From Eledone cirrhosa (Eukaryota): a DNA stretch of 64,000 bases. The stretch covers positions 81,220,001-81,284,000 of the forward strand of contig OZ024747.1 of the NCBI GenBank assembly GCA_964016885.1, read 5' to 3'. A program made the translations under genes and the position numbers. Below are positions 26,650 to 41,212 of this stretch, piece after piece. Below the pieces are notes generated by a model. It saw nothing but the letters and a program-made list of their open reading frames with translations, had not been told where the DNA came from and ran no database searches. The number at the start of each line of letters is the position of its first letter. Position 1 is the first letter of the stretch.

Positions 26650-26915
26650 CAATAAATAATATATTATTTCTTCGTGTCAGTTTTATGTATCATCATGGAA
26701 GAAGCAAATCTCTAAGTAGATAACGAAGGAAATAGAAAAATGTGGATTATACTGGGTTCTTTACCTCTCACACAAAGTCGCAAACATACAAATACACTAA
26801 TGTAAACACAGACAAAACCTTTAAATGTGTGTATGTGTGAAATACATATAGATATGTATATATATGCATGCATGACAATAGTTGGTGCAAATATACTTAT
26901 GTGTGAAATATACAT

Positions 26916-27230
26916 ATACACACCACCTCTTTCAATGTAAAGTTATGTTGGTACCACAACATCCAGCCCGAAATAAATGAGGTTGTGTAGGTGTCACGAC
27001 AAAAAAAACACACAGTCCACGCTGTAATGTGGCCATGTAGGTAACACGGTAAAACCTCCCAGTTCCACACTGTAAATGTGGTTGGTGTTAGGAAGGGCAT
27101 CCAGCCATAGAAAACCCGCCAGACAGTCCTATGCGAGCAAGACAACCACTCTTGCCTCAAGTGGGAAAACTCCCGTCCAAACCCATGCAAGCGTGGAATA
27201 TGGACGTTAAACGATGATGATGATGATGAT
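26916..27230 (+). mobile_element. RTE LINE 3' UTR copy with (GAT)n tail
   Basis: Aligns with ~20430-20751. Confidence 0.85.
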
Positions 27231-27829
27231 TTCTTTGTGAGCAAAAGTAAAAGTATACACATGTTTTTTTATGTATATGATGATTATTATATATATACAC
27301 ATCCATGACACACTTATACATACATGCACATTAAATCATTGCACTCAAAATATAGTTTTCTTACTCCCATTTCTTATCACACAGCTATGGTGATCTATTT
27401 CAATTTTTGATCTCAGCTCTTTTTATATTAATCTTGGATAAATCTTGCATATTTAATGAACAATATGAATATATGAGTGACAATATCGAATATACCAAAA
27501 AACTTAGAATATATTAAAATTATGATTAAAAAAATACAATACTTTTTCTGACTCACATAAGATTCTAGAATTAGAAGAAAGCTTACTTTTTAATCTTGAT
27601 ACTCATTTTACTGATATATTTGCAACTTTCTAGAAAATTCTTAGAGTGTTTTCTAAGTTTTATATATGTTTGTTGGTCTGTCTCCCTCTCTCCCCTATCT
27701 CTCACAAGCATGATAAACATACATAAAGAAATGACAAGGATATATAGATATATATATATATAGTGGTGGAACACTGGAAGGTAATATCCGTAGTGGTAGA
27801 GCACTCAGTCCAAGGGACGAGTTAGATAG

Positions 27830-27996
27830 AAGTGGTTACACAACAGTTAGTTCACCATACCGAGAACAATTGTTTCACCTTCGCGGATCTTCAGCTCGGG
27901 ATGTATATGGTTATAGGAACAGGAAGGACAACCTGAAGATCCGCGAAGGTGAAACAATTGTTCTCGGTATGGTGAACTAACTGTTGTGTAACCACT

Positions 27997-27997
<1 letters not shown>
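27830..27997. repeat. Perfect 65-bp inverted repeat with a 38-nt spacer
   Basis: 27830-27894 is the exact reverse complement of 27933-27997. Confidence 0.95.
27860..27899 (-). ncRNA. Minimal type I hammerhead ribozyme motif in the left arm of the inverted repeat
   Basis: CCGAG-CTGAAGA-TCC(GCGAA)GGT-GAAACAATTGTT-CTCGG. Perfect 5-bp stem I, palindromic stem III, very short stem II. Confidence 0.6.
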
Positions 27998-28033
<36 letters not shown>

Positions 28034-28556
28034 TTATATATGTGTGTGTGTGTGAGTCCTGGGTTCAATCGGGCTTTCCTGATGATTTCTTTTGAATGAA
28101 ATAGTTCTTGTTCTGTAGAAGCCATTTCTATATTAAACATTATACACACACACACACACACGTTTATATATATATATATATATATATACATGCACTCATA
28201 CTCATACATACATGAATATTTGAATGAAATTGGAAAGTTGATAGGTAAATATTATATGAGGAGATTGGTTTTTATTTTGCCCAAACGTACCATAAGTTAA
28301 ACTATTATGAAGATGGCAACATTATGGCCTCATTGAACCATGGTTAGATTTATTTGTATTTTAATAATCTGATTGAAATAAATGAAAGAATAACTATCAT
28401 TGTGATTTAATGGACAAGGTTTTAGATAGTATTCAAGATATCATAATAAATTATTAAATGAATAAATATATAAAACAAGGACTTAACACTTCCTGTAAAT
28501 GCAGTCCATGATAGTTGAGTAAAACAAATGTCAAATCAAGAAATTATCATTATTAT

Positions 28557-28735
28557 AGACAGAATCAGTAGAGGGTTGGACGCCATGCTTTGCAACATAG
28601 AGTTACGGTCATTTACGGTCTGAGTACAAATCTCACCAAGGTCAACTTTGCCTTTCATCCTTATGGGGTCGATAAAATAAAGTACCAGTAATGCATTGGA
28701 GTAATTGCTGGCCTTCTGCCAAAATAGAAACAATT
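28557..28735 (+). mobile_element. tRNA-derived SINE (5918 family)
   Basis: Reverse orientation relative to 5918-6102; conserved body. Confidence 0.8.
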
Positions 28736-31165
28736 ATTTTATATAAAATCCTGTTTTAAGCTATGTTCCAAACATGAACTTAATTATGAGAAAGTTAGTA
28801 ATGTTACTAAATACCTCTAAATTCTTAAATTTTTGAAAATCATAGCCAGACTCTTTCATTAGTGGTAATGAAATGTTACACCCATTTCCTATTTGAATGA
28901 TTAGGTTTAATAAGAGAATTTAGTTTCACCATTGCTTGCTTTAATATTCCAAATTTTTTATATTCATTTTTGCAAATCATTCCAAATATTCAGATCCGAA
29001 ATGACTTGGTGTAAACTTCTTTACTTATGGAATATGTCTTCTGCACAACTGTTTTTATGTTAAAAGTTGATATTATTTCTCTGCTCAATGATAATTGGAG
29101 AATACATTTCAGTTATGGTACATGTAAATAGATTAGTGTCCTATTTATAGATATTTACCTCTCACTTAATGCACTAAAACTGGATCTGAAAACAATTTGT
29201 AGGAAACCTTGTAGTCCATTAAAATGATAGTGTGTATGTATATGTGAAAATGAATATTGGTCAAGTGAATACATTGGTCAAATAGATATGGCACAGCTTT
29301 CTTTGCAAAGACATCAAACTCTTCTAACTTTAATATGCTAATCTATTTTATGCTACCAAGAAAGGGGTAATTTAATTGTATATTACCTAAAGCTTGATTT
29401 AATTAAACTGTATTCGCCTACACTACTGAGTTTGAAGCTGCAAAATTTAATTGATACTTCCACAATTCCACCTACTTTTCTTGAATTCTAATGTCATACG
29501 ATTCAATTAACTGCTGTAGAATGAAACACTTTCTTTATGATGAAACACTATACTACTGGAAATGGACGGCTCTTTCTCTTGAAGTTATTATCTAAATAAT
29601 TTTTCTTAAATCAAACTTTATTACCTTTGAAAAAGGAGGGTCGTATTAGATGTAGTCATGGACTTGCAAAAGATGAGAAGGTTGACTTGGAGCAAAATAA
29701 CAGTATAATATATTCTTTAATGACTATAAATGTAGTTGATAGCTATTTTCTATATGAAGTTGATAGCTATTCTCTGGATAGCTATCAACTTCATATAGAA
29801 AATTGCAAGACATTAAAAATAATGAAGGTGGAAAAATATATAGTTAATCTAGTTGAGATAAAATACTATAGAAATATTCATGCTAGTGGCTGAGCCCACA
29901 GTATGACCACTGAAATATTGGCCTCTAATCCTAGTCTGAAAATCAGTCTAGAAGAGGGAAAAACTTACCCAAAACCCTATTATGGAATTTGAATTAAGTA
30001 TTATGGTTAACACTGTTAGAGAGTTGCTCAATTATGAGTCAAACAGTCTCATTGCCTTGTTATTTATACAGATAGCAGAAGGCTAATAGAAACAATTCTT
30101 ACAGAAATATCAGAGTGAGAACGTGCAGAGATTTCTGACAACTCTCGCATCCAGTCTCATCTCCAAATGCCATGGTCATGTCCTGTTATTAGATCCAGAT
30201 GACTTTAGAATGAATGTAAATGATACTGTGATACAGCACAAGTTCTCCCCACTTAAAGGTAAGTCATGTGCAAGTCATAATGTAATGCCCAACTGATGTG
30301 ATCTACTGACACTTTTGTTGCAGTAGTTTGGGTATCATGTGTATCAGTGATACTGAAATACTACTATTTTCACAGTTGTTTCACTTGTAAAGGCACACAG
30401 GAGCTGTAGTATAGGTGGAAGCAGTTGTGCTTTACAATTTTCTAATTCTCCGTACAGCTGTGTTGCTCATTAAAAAGCTGCATAAACAAAGACATGTTCT
30501 TCATTAATAACCAACGGCAGAACATGACACTAGTAACAGCATATTTTATATGAAATAAAAACTAGAGAATTATTCAATGTCTAACATACCTTGCTAGCTT
30601 CATTTCATTATTTTGTTGGTTTAAATACTTTTGAAAGAAACTTGTAGTCAATGAATGATTAAGTGTATAAACTCTTCAAATAATATATGAGCAGGCTAAA
30701 TATAAGATTATTGAAGAAAGGGGAAGAAATTGTAAGTAGATCTTAGATCTTCATTCTCTTTATCTTACTAGTAATTAAACTGCTTAATAACAATCTGATC
30801 CTTATTTGAAAGTAAATCCAGCTAGTGTTCATAAAATTAATTTCAAACCTTATAAACTTGATGAGTAACATCAATAATACTATAGTATAGAGAAAGAAAA
30901 GAAACCTACAAAGCTCAATATTCAGAAAATGTCTATGTTGGATACAATATACCAAGGAAATGGACAGCATCTTGATATTATGACTGCAATGAATAAAGGA
31001 ACAATTAAAGCATTAGAAAGATAGACAACCAAGTCTAGATGGAAGAAGTATAAAAATATAGTGAAAGAAAGGTACACACACATACACACACACACACATT
31101 CCAACCCTTGCTAGCAGAAAAGGCAGATGATAAAATGACAATGATGATGATAATGGTGATACATA

Positions 31166-31246
<81 letters not shown>

Positions 31247-32276
31247 AAGGTATATATTGAGTTAGAAACTCAAAATAGTCTCTTACAATTAAATAGCTCA
31301 GGGAAAGAGATTTTTCCGAGCCATATGGTCCCTTACAATTTGAACACAGATATGTATATATCTGTGTTTATCTCTCTCTTTTATATTCAATTATTATAGT
31401 ATATATATATATATATATATATGGTTCCTAAACAGAAAGAATGCTGCTTTGTAGATGCAAAATATTGGAAAGTATTTCAGTAATGATTAATGAGAAAAAA
31501 CTGAGTATGATCAAATAAGAAGACTCATTGAATATGAGTTAAGAAAATGACTAGTTATTATTGACAGTGGATGTTGTATGCAAGATAAACAATTCTCCTA
31601 TCATGGGTATGTTAACAGTTGATTGAGGAAGAAAATGTGACATTCTATCCATATAGGGATATATGGAGCAGAGACAGAATAAAAAAAAGACTTCTAATAT
31701 AGTAGTTAGATTCATACTTTATAAAAGTATATTTCACAAATAGGACCATGACATATGGAAATCTACTATTATGGAAGAACTATACAACATATTCAACCAT
31801 TGGAAAATGAATATAAAATTATTGTAATGATGATGATGATGATGGTGATGGTGATGGTATAATATGATACAGAGTATCGATGAAGAAATAATCTATACAC
31901 TAAACATGTATGGTATTATACAGAATATTCCTTACAAAGGACATAAATTGCTTTCTGAATACAAATCTGTCAGCCACATTTCTTTTTCAAATGTTCACAT
32001 AAATAGCTGCTGCAGTGTGCAGCCGAACCTTCATAAACTCTATATTGCATTAAATATCATATCACAAATTTTCAATAAAGTCCAGAAAGGTCTTCTATAC
32101 CTCAACTATGCTTATTAAATCTATTGATATTCTATATGTGGTATAAACCAGATATTTAATACAAAGTGTTCAGTAATGATTTTCATGTATGATAAATATA
32201 TTTTAAGAGCCACTTTCTTCCAGTATGTATGAATATAGACATTCTCACTTGTATATACACACACAAACATGCCTTC

Positions 32277-32309
<33 letters not shown>

Positions 32310-32613
32310 TATGTACACACATATACATGCTATGCTTTTGTCATTAAGATGTCTCAAAAAGTATCTTCTTTATATATATACACCAATCATTTCCAATGAT
32401 GAAAGTACTTTAAAGAACTTGCCTTAAGAAGTTATTACAGCAATCATTTTTAGTAATAACAATGAGTTTCAGTAGAAATGCAATCAGAAAACTTAATTAA
32501 ACTCTTTATGCCGACAATATTCCTTTCACCATATCTTAAAATGATTAAAACATTTGAAAACAGATAACTAATTATTCATATTAATTTTACCAAAACATGA
32601 TTAAAATTGTATA

Positions 32614-32829
32614 ATCATCATCATCATCATCATCATCGTTTAACGTCCGTGTTCCACGCTTGCATGGGTTTGGACGGGGGTAGTCCCACTTGAGGCAAGA
32701 GTGATTGTCTTGCTCGCATAGGACTGTCTGGCAGGTTTTCTACAGTTGGATGCCCTTCCTAACACCAACCACATTTACAGTGTGGGTCTGGGAGGTTTTT
32801 ACCGTGTTGCCTACACGGCCACATTACAT
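32614..32829 (-). mobile_element. Young 5'-truncated RTE 3' end with (GAT)n tail
   Basis: Essentially identical reverse complement of ~20535-20751. Confidence 0.9.
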
Positions 32830-32880
32830 TATAATAATAATAATAATAATGATAATGATGATGATGATGATAATAATAAT

Positions 32881-33003
32881 AATTGTTTCTACTTTTGGTA
32901 CAAGGCCAGCAGTTACACCAGTGCATTACTGGTGCTTTTTTTTTTATTAGTACCCCATAAGAATGAAAGGCAAAGTTAACCTCAGTGTGATTTGAACTCA
33001 GAA
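32881..33003 (-). mobile_element. tRNA-derived SINE fragment (5918 family)
   Basis: Conserved body and B-box. Confidence 0.75.
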
Positions 33004-34104
33004 TATAGCATATGTATATGTGTACATATGTATGTATATATGCATTCTGATTTTGTCTTGCTTTTCTATGGTTAGAGGCCCTTCCTAACACCAATGATTT
33101 TACATGTACTAGGAGTATTTTTGATGGCACCAACACTACCACCTTAAGCATATAACAGAAATGAGTTGCCTATGTATTTCAATTAATCAAGTATCTTAAG
33201 GGATTTAGTTATATATTTAACTGTCCCATTATCAATTTATAATTTGGAACATAACTTAGAAGGGTTCTTACATAAAACTATGATAGAAGGATTATAAGTA
33301 AACTTAGACTTTTTACAACAAACAGTTTCATGTGGTTTGTATCAACTGGGGTACAATTTTAGATAAATGTCATCTACAGTATTGCTGGTAGTTGAAACGA
33401 ATGTAGAAGCCATATTAACAAAACTATTTAGTCAATATAGAGCAACTTAATGGTATATTGGAAAAATAATAGAGTAACTGAAATTAAAATTACCAGTATT
33501 ACTTGGTAGTAAGTTTAGAGATAAAGATATCATGGTGGTTATATGCTCTAACATAGACTGGTTTTTGCTATAAAATAATTTATTTGATCTAAAATATATG
33601 CAAAGGATCATGAAGCATCACTGCATTAATTATTGGTAGATCAGTTGAAAATAATACATATTTCAAAAGACAGATTTTATAGGAGAATAAATTTAATATC
33701 AACTTCCTCGCTTTTTATAGCTTGGATTTTCTAACTTTGTGTTAACCAATGCAGTAAAGCATGATCTAAGTTGAAGGGGCACTGGGTATAACAAACAAGA
33801 TAACACTGTTGTAAATGATTGGTTGAGGAGAAGAATAGAAAGACAGATTTCTAACATGATGGAATAAACAACCTTGTTATGTATTATGAGAAAAAATATT
33901 GATGAAGGTAGCGATTGCATTGAAAAATAATACTAAATTTTGAATGGTAAGATGCTAAGCTCCCTTTCATTTATTTTATTTCATCCTAATATCTAAAAAA
34001 AATCAGATCCTATGAATTTGTATGCAAGACTTTTCAACCATCCCTCATCTATGATATATGCCTGTATTTATAAAAATAAACCAAAACATTTTAATATATT
34101 TGTG

Positions 34105-34294
34105 CACATATACCTATATATATATATATACACATATATGTATATATATATATATATGTATATATACACATATACATATATATATATACATATATATATA
34201 GATGTATGTATATATATATGTATATATATATACATATACATATATATATATATATATACATATATATATAGATGTATGTATATATATATGTATG

Positions 34295-34365
<71 letters not shown>

Positions 34366-34424
34366 ATATATATGTATGTATATATATATGTATGTATATA
34401 TATATTTATATATATATGTATATA

Positions 34425-34467
<43 letters not shown>

Positions 34468-34574
34468 TTATGTATACATATATATAGGTATGTATATATA
34501 TGTATACATATATATATATGTATGTATGTGTATATACACATATATATATACATATATATATATATATTTATATA

Positions 34575-34642
<68 letters not shown>
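34105..34642. repeat. Compound (TA)n/(TATG)n microsatellite
   Basis: Directly visible. Confidence 0.95.
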
Positions 34643-34643
<1 letters not shown>

Positions 34644-35093
34644 GCACACACATATTCACACAGTACGACCACTAACACCTCTTTCATAATCAGTGGTTTG
34701 AAAACATTACAGTATCACTACAGCATATCACTATCCTACCACAACACTACAATCTTCATACAATACACACCACCTACACAACATATAGCACCACCATCAA
34801 CTTGCATCACCATTCACACTCCTACAAGTGCCTCTTACCCGTTCATCTATCACGGCTGTCACATTCTTTATGCAAGGAAATGCGTTGAAGCATGCACTGA
34901 TCAATAGATTTATTGTCAGAATATATTTTATCATTGATCAGTTGTGATAAATAAAATATGCCGGGAGCTGGTTTTCTCAGCACAATAATGGTATGAAATG
35001 AAGTTAAACGAATACATGATACGTCCAAACAGATTACAACAGCCGAGCTCAATAAGGTAACATAACACAACTATAGCTTTCTTTCTCTCCTGC

Positions 35094-35095
<2 letters not shown>

Positions 35096-35192
<97 letters not shown>

Positions 35193-35421
35193 GTACATAC
35201 ATATATATATATATATATAATATATCATATATATAATGTGATGATGATGAATATATAAATATATATATAATGTACATACATATATATATATATATATAAT
35301 ATATCATATATTTAATGTGATGATGATGAATATATAAATATATATATATATAATGTATATATATATAAATATATATATATATAATGTATATATATAAATA
35401 TATATATATATATAATGTATG

Positions 35422-35484
<63 letters not shown>

Positions 35485-35582
35485 TACATACATATATATA
35501 TATAATGTGATGATGATGAATATATAAATATATATATATATATAATGTATATATATAAATATATATATATATATAATGTATG

Positions 35583-35628
<46 letters not shown>

Positions 35629-35741
35629 GTACATATATATATATATATAATATATCATATATATAATGTGATGATGATGAATATATAAATATATATATAT
35701 ATAATGTATATATATAAATATATATATATATATAATGTATG

Positions 35742-35786
<45 letters not shown>
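35096..35786. repeat. (TA)n tract with a four-times repeated taatgtgatgatgatgaatatataaat motif
   Basis: The motif recurs near 35235, 35313, 35504 and 35665. Confidence 0.85.
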
Positions 35787-35788
<2 letters not shown>

Positions 35789-36147
35789 AGAATGACATTT
35801 TCTATTAGCAAGATTTAGAGCTAAGATGCTCATGACTTTCCGATGAGAATGAAGAATGCTCTTGGTTTACTTAACTCAATAGCAGCAACAACTACATACA
35901 CAGGTCTAACCTAATAAATCTTTACAGGCCATAGTTAAAATTATTAGGAAGGATGTAAAATAAAACACAATAATACACATTTGATAAATGATTATGAAAA
36001 ATGAAAGATCCCTTTAATATCAAAGTAATGAAGAAAGTTCATGAGAATATATAACTTTGATCATCACAATCCTTAAACACAATCTGTCAAAACTGAAGTA
36101 AAGCTTGTAGCATAAAATACAAAACAGTAGGTAAAGGAATACTTTAA

Positions 36148-36470
36148 CCCTTTAGCATTTACGTTACTGTATATCTACTATTATATTTTCATTGTAAAGG
36201 CTTTACCTCACATAATTATCTCACATAATATTGAAACTATGAGATTTTGATATTGCCGAGATTAACTTTACCTTTCATCCTTATGGGGTCGATAAAAGAA
36301 CATACCAGTAATACACTGGTGTAATTGCTGGCCTTGTACCAAATGGATAAATAATTATTTATTTTGAGAACAATACCTTAACATCAACATGAGTGGCTGG
36401 TTACAGCTGGTTTGAACAGAAAGAGGTGCGAGAATTCTGGCCGGTTACGACTGGTTTAAATGCTAAAGTG
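36148..36470. mobile_element. piggyBac-type MITE (13533 family) interrupted by a SINE fragment at ~36255-36345
   Basis: TTAA-CCCTTTAGCATTTA...TAAATGCTAAAGTG-TTAA. The extra segment matches the SINE body. Confidence 0.82.
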
Positions 36471-37751
36471 TTAAAACTTTCTGAGAAGAAAACCCTTTCC
36501 ATGACAAACATTCTACTGTGGCTAATTGTAACCAATGTGATTAAATAGGAAATTGCTAGGCTAACGTAAAAGATGATTTACCTTCTAATTGTTAGTTTAG
36601 CAAAATTCTATAAGACAAAACCAACAAGAATTTTAAAGAATATTTTCCCTGCTAAAGCAAAGGGCCATATGATAGTCTTCATACTCACGAGGTGGACAAT
36701 TTTATGGCAATATAATTATTAACTATTTAATTTCTGTGTATCTGATACTAAAAAGAAAAAAAACAATTAAAAGAATAAGAATGCCAGATCAATAAATTCT
36801 CAGCAAATTATTTTATATATTGGGAACAACTTATCACAAGCTGGGATGATCCCCATTCAGACAGAATCACTATGGTTGGGGATGCTACAATAATTCCCTG
36901 CAAATAAAACTATATACTATATCAACTGACTTGCTTAGTAAAGTACAAGAAAGAAACGTTATGCTTGTCTCAATGCAATTATTTGTTAAACTAGTAAAGT
37001 AAAAGGACTTAAAATTTAAATTGTTTAGATTACAGAAATATTTTTTCATCAATTTTAACACAAGATTGCACTGAAAAATACAAAAGATAATTAAGCAGCA
37101 AGGAAAAGAGATATATTGATTTTGATACAGTGAATTGTGATAAATATGAAATGTTAATCTGTTTCTTTTCTGAAGCTAGTGGATAATGTATTATTTTTGG
37201 AATATAGTGGAATGTAGGGCCAGATTAAATTAACAAAGGTCCCTGTGTTAGAGAACATTTGGGAGTCCCCACTACCTGTTTGGAATAAACTTAATCAACA
37301 TTTTAGGCACATATATATAAGCCTTTACATAGAACAAGGCTGAGATTCCAGCATTAATCCATGCTGACTTCTAAAACAGTCAAAAGAAAACACCCAAAGA
37401 AAAAGTAATGTATTGAATAACTATTATAAGATGTGAAATGTTTTACAAAAGTGTCATGTTTCCTAACTATAATTTAATATATAGTTTAACATATAGTTAA
37501 AACAGGAAGCCCCTCTGCCCTGGATTATAAGGCACTGGTCTGCGCCTCACCCAGTCCATATGGAAATCCCCTATAGTTGGTTATTTATTTATTTAAAAGC
37601 TCAGTGTGAATGTTATTACTAAAGTCCAAGAAAGGGTGCTGGATTAACAGAATTGGTAGAGTATTGGATTAAATACTATTCTGCCTCTTAACATTCTGAA
37701 TTCAGATCCTGCCAATGATAAAAGAAAGTATGTCAAGTACTGGACTAAAGA

Positions 37752-37990
37752 GTAAAGACACCCTTTGGTCATGAATGACCATGGAATTTGCACCTAAAAA
37801 GTTCCCCTCCAAGGCACAAGTCCGGGCAAGGTTGTTTGTGGAAGACCAGCAGTCACCCAGGCATATTAGTTTCTCCTAACCAAGGGAAACAAAAGGCCGA
37901 TACAGCTTGGCCCCAGTGATGTCACAATTCATTACTGCAGCTGAGTGAACTGGAGCAACATGAAATAAAGTGTCTTGCTCAAGGCCACAA
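37752..37990 (-). mobile_element. SINE-like repeat sharing the body of the 7684 family
   Basis: cagctgagtgaactggagcaacatgaaataaagtgtcttgctcaagg. Confidence 0.6.
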
Positions 37991-38461
37991 GTACTGAGCT
38001 TGAATTATTCAATTATGCCCTTCCTCCGATTTGCTGGCCTTATGCCTAAATTACAAATCATTATTATAGCTGAGGATACCAAAGCAAGAGTTTGTATACC
38101 ATCACAATCATTGTTTTATGCCCCTGGTGTAAAACTAACCTGAAACATCATATCTAATTAGGATATCCCTAAAGACCATAGTAAATGAATAAGCTACCTG
38201 AATAGAGATGATACCAAAGTTGTGTCTCAAGGGGGCAAGAGTTTCAGATCCTTTATCAATAAATGTAGTTTAGTGCTTGACAATAGCACTTAATATTACT
38301 AGTCTAAGACTTCTGTTTAGCTAAAGAATTACTTCCTCATTTATCAATTCATCCTCTCTCTTTCCATATATATTTATACACATACAAATATATGCGTACA
38401 CACACATACACACACACATATGTATATATATATATATATATACATATACATATTTAAATAT

Positions 38462-38498
<37 letters not shown>

Positions 38499-38521
38499 CC
38501 CACACACAGACACACACACAC

Positions 38522-38554
<33 letters not shown>

Positions 38555-39087
38555 CAGATATACTTCTGTATGAATCAAACTAACTCAGTATCCATCCATC
38601 TATCAATTTATCTATTAGTTTAGCTATTTATCTCTTGATAACAAAAGCAATCAGCCGTCCTACAAAATAGATACAACAAATATGGTAAACATATATCAAG
38701 CCTTTGTTCCTGAAGGAATGATATCAATCAACTATTCAACCCAATCATTATAGTAATTCCATGACTTAGTAACTAAAGGGAATAAACCTCTGTCAACTAG
38801 TTTTATAAGTTTTTATTATTATATAGTCATTTCATAGTGTTTCATCCTTGGGAAAGTTATTTAATTTCATTTGGCAACAGCAGCCTAGCCTAATTCATAA
38901 TATATTCCTTATTTCCTTGTATATATATATATATATACATGTGTGTGTGTATGTGTGTGTATGTATATATGTGTCTGTGTGTATATATTTATATATATAT
39001 ACTAATAATAATTACGAAGACCAAAATCCCAAGAGAGCTTGATAAGGATCGTATATATATAATAATGATAACATATATGATAACATT

Positions 39088-39697
39088 CTAGCAGTGGTAC
39101 ACGGCGTTGCACGGGGATAAGGTATTTTGGAATGCCAACAGACCTAATCGTGGAAAAACTGCATGCCTGGACAATATGTAAAGAAAATAAACCGAATACT
39201 CTGATGGCTGGATAATCTTTAAGATTTTCCTCGATGAAGCAAGAAAAATGCAGGTTTTCACCTAATGCGGGCCTAGGGGATCAAGAAAATGAATATTTTT
39301 TTATGTGCATAATATGCCTTGAAATTTCTGGAAAATAGCTAGACGTAACGCCTAAAAAAAGCTGAAAAAATGAAGTTTTTCACTTAATGCAGGCCCTAGG
39401 CCATAAAAAAGTTGGATCTTCTTTGCTTACAGTATGAAGAAGAGACTGACTAATACATAGTTACAATTTCAAGGAAATCAGTCTGATGTAATGCCTAAAA
39501 AAATAACCTAAAAAGCTGAAAAAACACAGTTTTTCACCTATCAAAAAGTTGAATTTTTTATGTGCATAACACTCCCTCATATGTAATACACATGTAAAGT
39601 TTGAAAAAAGTCGGTTGGGTACTTCTCAAGTTTTGGGGATTCAAACTCACAGACACACACACATAGACAGACATCCTCAGTTTTATATATATATATA
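39088..39697 (-). mobile_element. Non-autonomous Helitron
   Basis: Minus-strand 3' end CCCCGTGCAACGCCGTGTACCACTGCTAG. The 5' end tatatataaaactgaggatgtctgtctatgtg matches the 705 element. Confidence 0.8.
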
Positions 39698-39742
<45 letters not shown>

Positions 39743-41212
39743 AAGATGGATGTTAAACGATGATGATGATGATGATGATATATATATATATATAATAGGG
39801 TGAAAGCAGAAATTCTTCCCTTAAACTTTAATTTGTACTCATAATACATATACACACACACACAAACACGCACATTTGATGTTTAATTTAGATGGTGAAA
39901 TGGCAGTGTTTTTAGGGCAGCAAATTAAATGTCTCAGTATTTGTTCTAATTCACTGTGCTCTGAGTTCAAATCCCATTTATGTCAACTTTACTTTTCCTC
40001 CTTTAGGGGTCAATAAATAAAGCAACAATCCAAGAGTGATGGATTAGTGGAATTTTTAAAGAACTGGATAGGTTCCTTTGCTATACCTGATCCAGCTATG
40101 TACATTCAGAGTTGTCACCACTTTCTCTCAGATATTATCAGCAATTGCAAAGACATTGTTTGGTTTATCTTCCCCTTCCATTTGTTTTGTATTTCTGTTT
40201 GATTGCTAACATTACTTTTATTTATTGGTCATTATTATAGGTTTATTATTTGACATTTCCAAGACTTTTCTCTCTCACTCTCTCTCTCTGATATGTAACA
40301 GTTAATCCATATAGAACCATACATTTATGAATTCATTCCATGGCTTATATATATCCTATAAAGGAGAAGGAGGTGGTTAGGCAGGGGGATAGAGACTATG
40401 GGTCTGTCTACCTCATTCTTTGTTTGCATTTCACCCCAATATACGCAGGGAAAAGCGGGCATAAAATGATGATGATGATGATGATGATGATGACAAAAAC
40501 ACACACATACAAACATATATATATATATATATATACAAACACATACAGCCACAAACAAATACATATGCGTGAGATGAAGAGCAGTTATCTAAAGTCATTA
40601 AAAGTCATCTTGCCAATTTAACAAGAAAGTAGCACAGGTGAGATTTAAGTTTTCCATGGAAGACTGATTGAAATTAATATTTCTTCCATCTATTGAAATA
40701 AATGAGATTCTTGTCTCCATTTCACCAACTATTGCATGTTAAGTACAGAAGTATCAGAATAGTGGTATATAGCACGTGACAGGATTGGTTAAGAAAAGGC
40801 ACTGCTAATGCACACGTGTTGGGGGACGTGTTGATAAAGCAATTATAGCTAATTTCCACACAATTGAATATTCCAGGGCTATAAAAGTGACACAGGAGAT
40901 TTGTCGATGATACTTTGTATTTCCTTCTATGCTATATGTCTTAATTTATATATAGCATTCTTGCACAAGTTTGGAAACAGACAAAGCATACAATTTCAGA
41001 GATTAAAGTATAGAGTATCCTAACTTGTGTTCTGTTGCTCAATTATTTATAGTTTATTAGTATCGGACATGTTGGCATGTGTAGGTATGCTTGCATATAT
41101 ATCTATGCATATGTGCGTGTATGTGTGCGCGTATGCGTGTGCGTGTGTATGTATATCTACATATATGTGTGTATCTTCTCATCAGCGAAAGTACATGTTC
41201 AAAGATAATATA

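Noticed and set aside
36689-36747. Possible 59-nt minus-strand exon with good acceptor (ttttctttttag) and donor (gtgagt)
   Set aside because: Stops in all three frames. It could only be a poison exon, and such sites arise by chance in AT-rich introns; RNA evidence would be needed.
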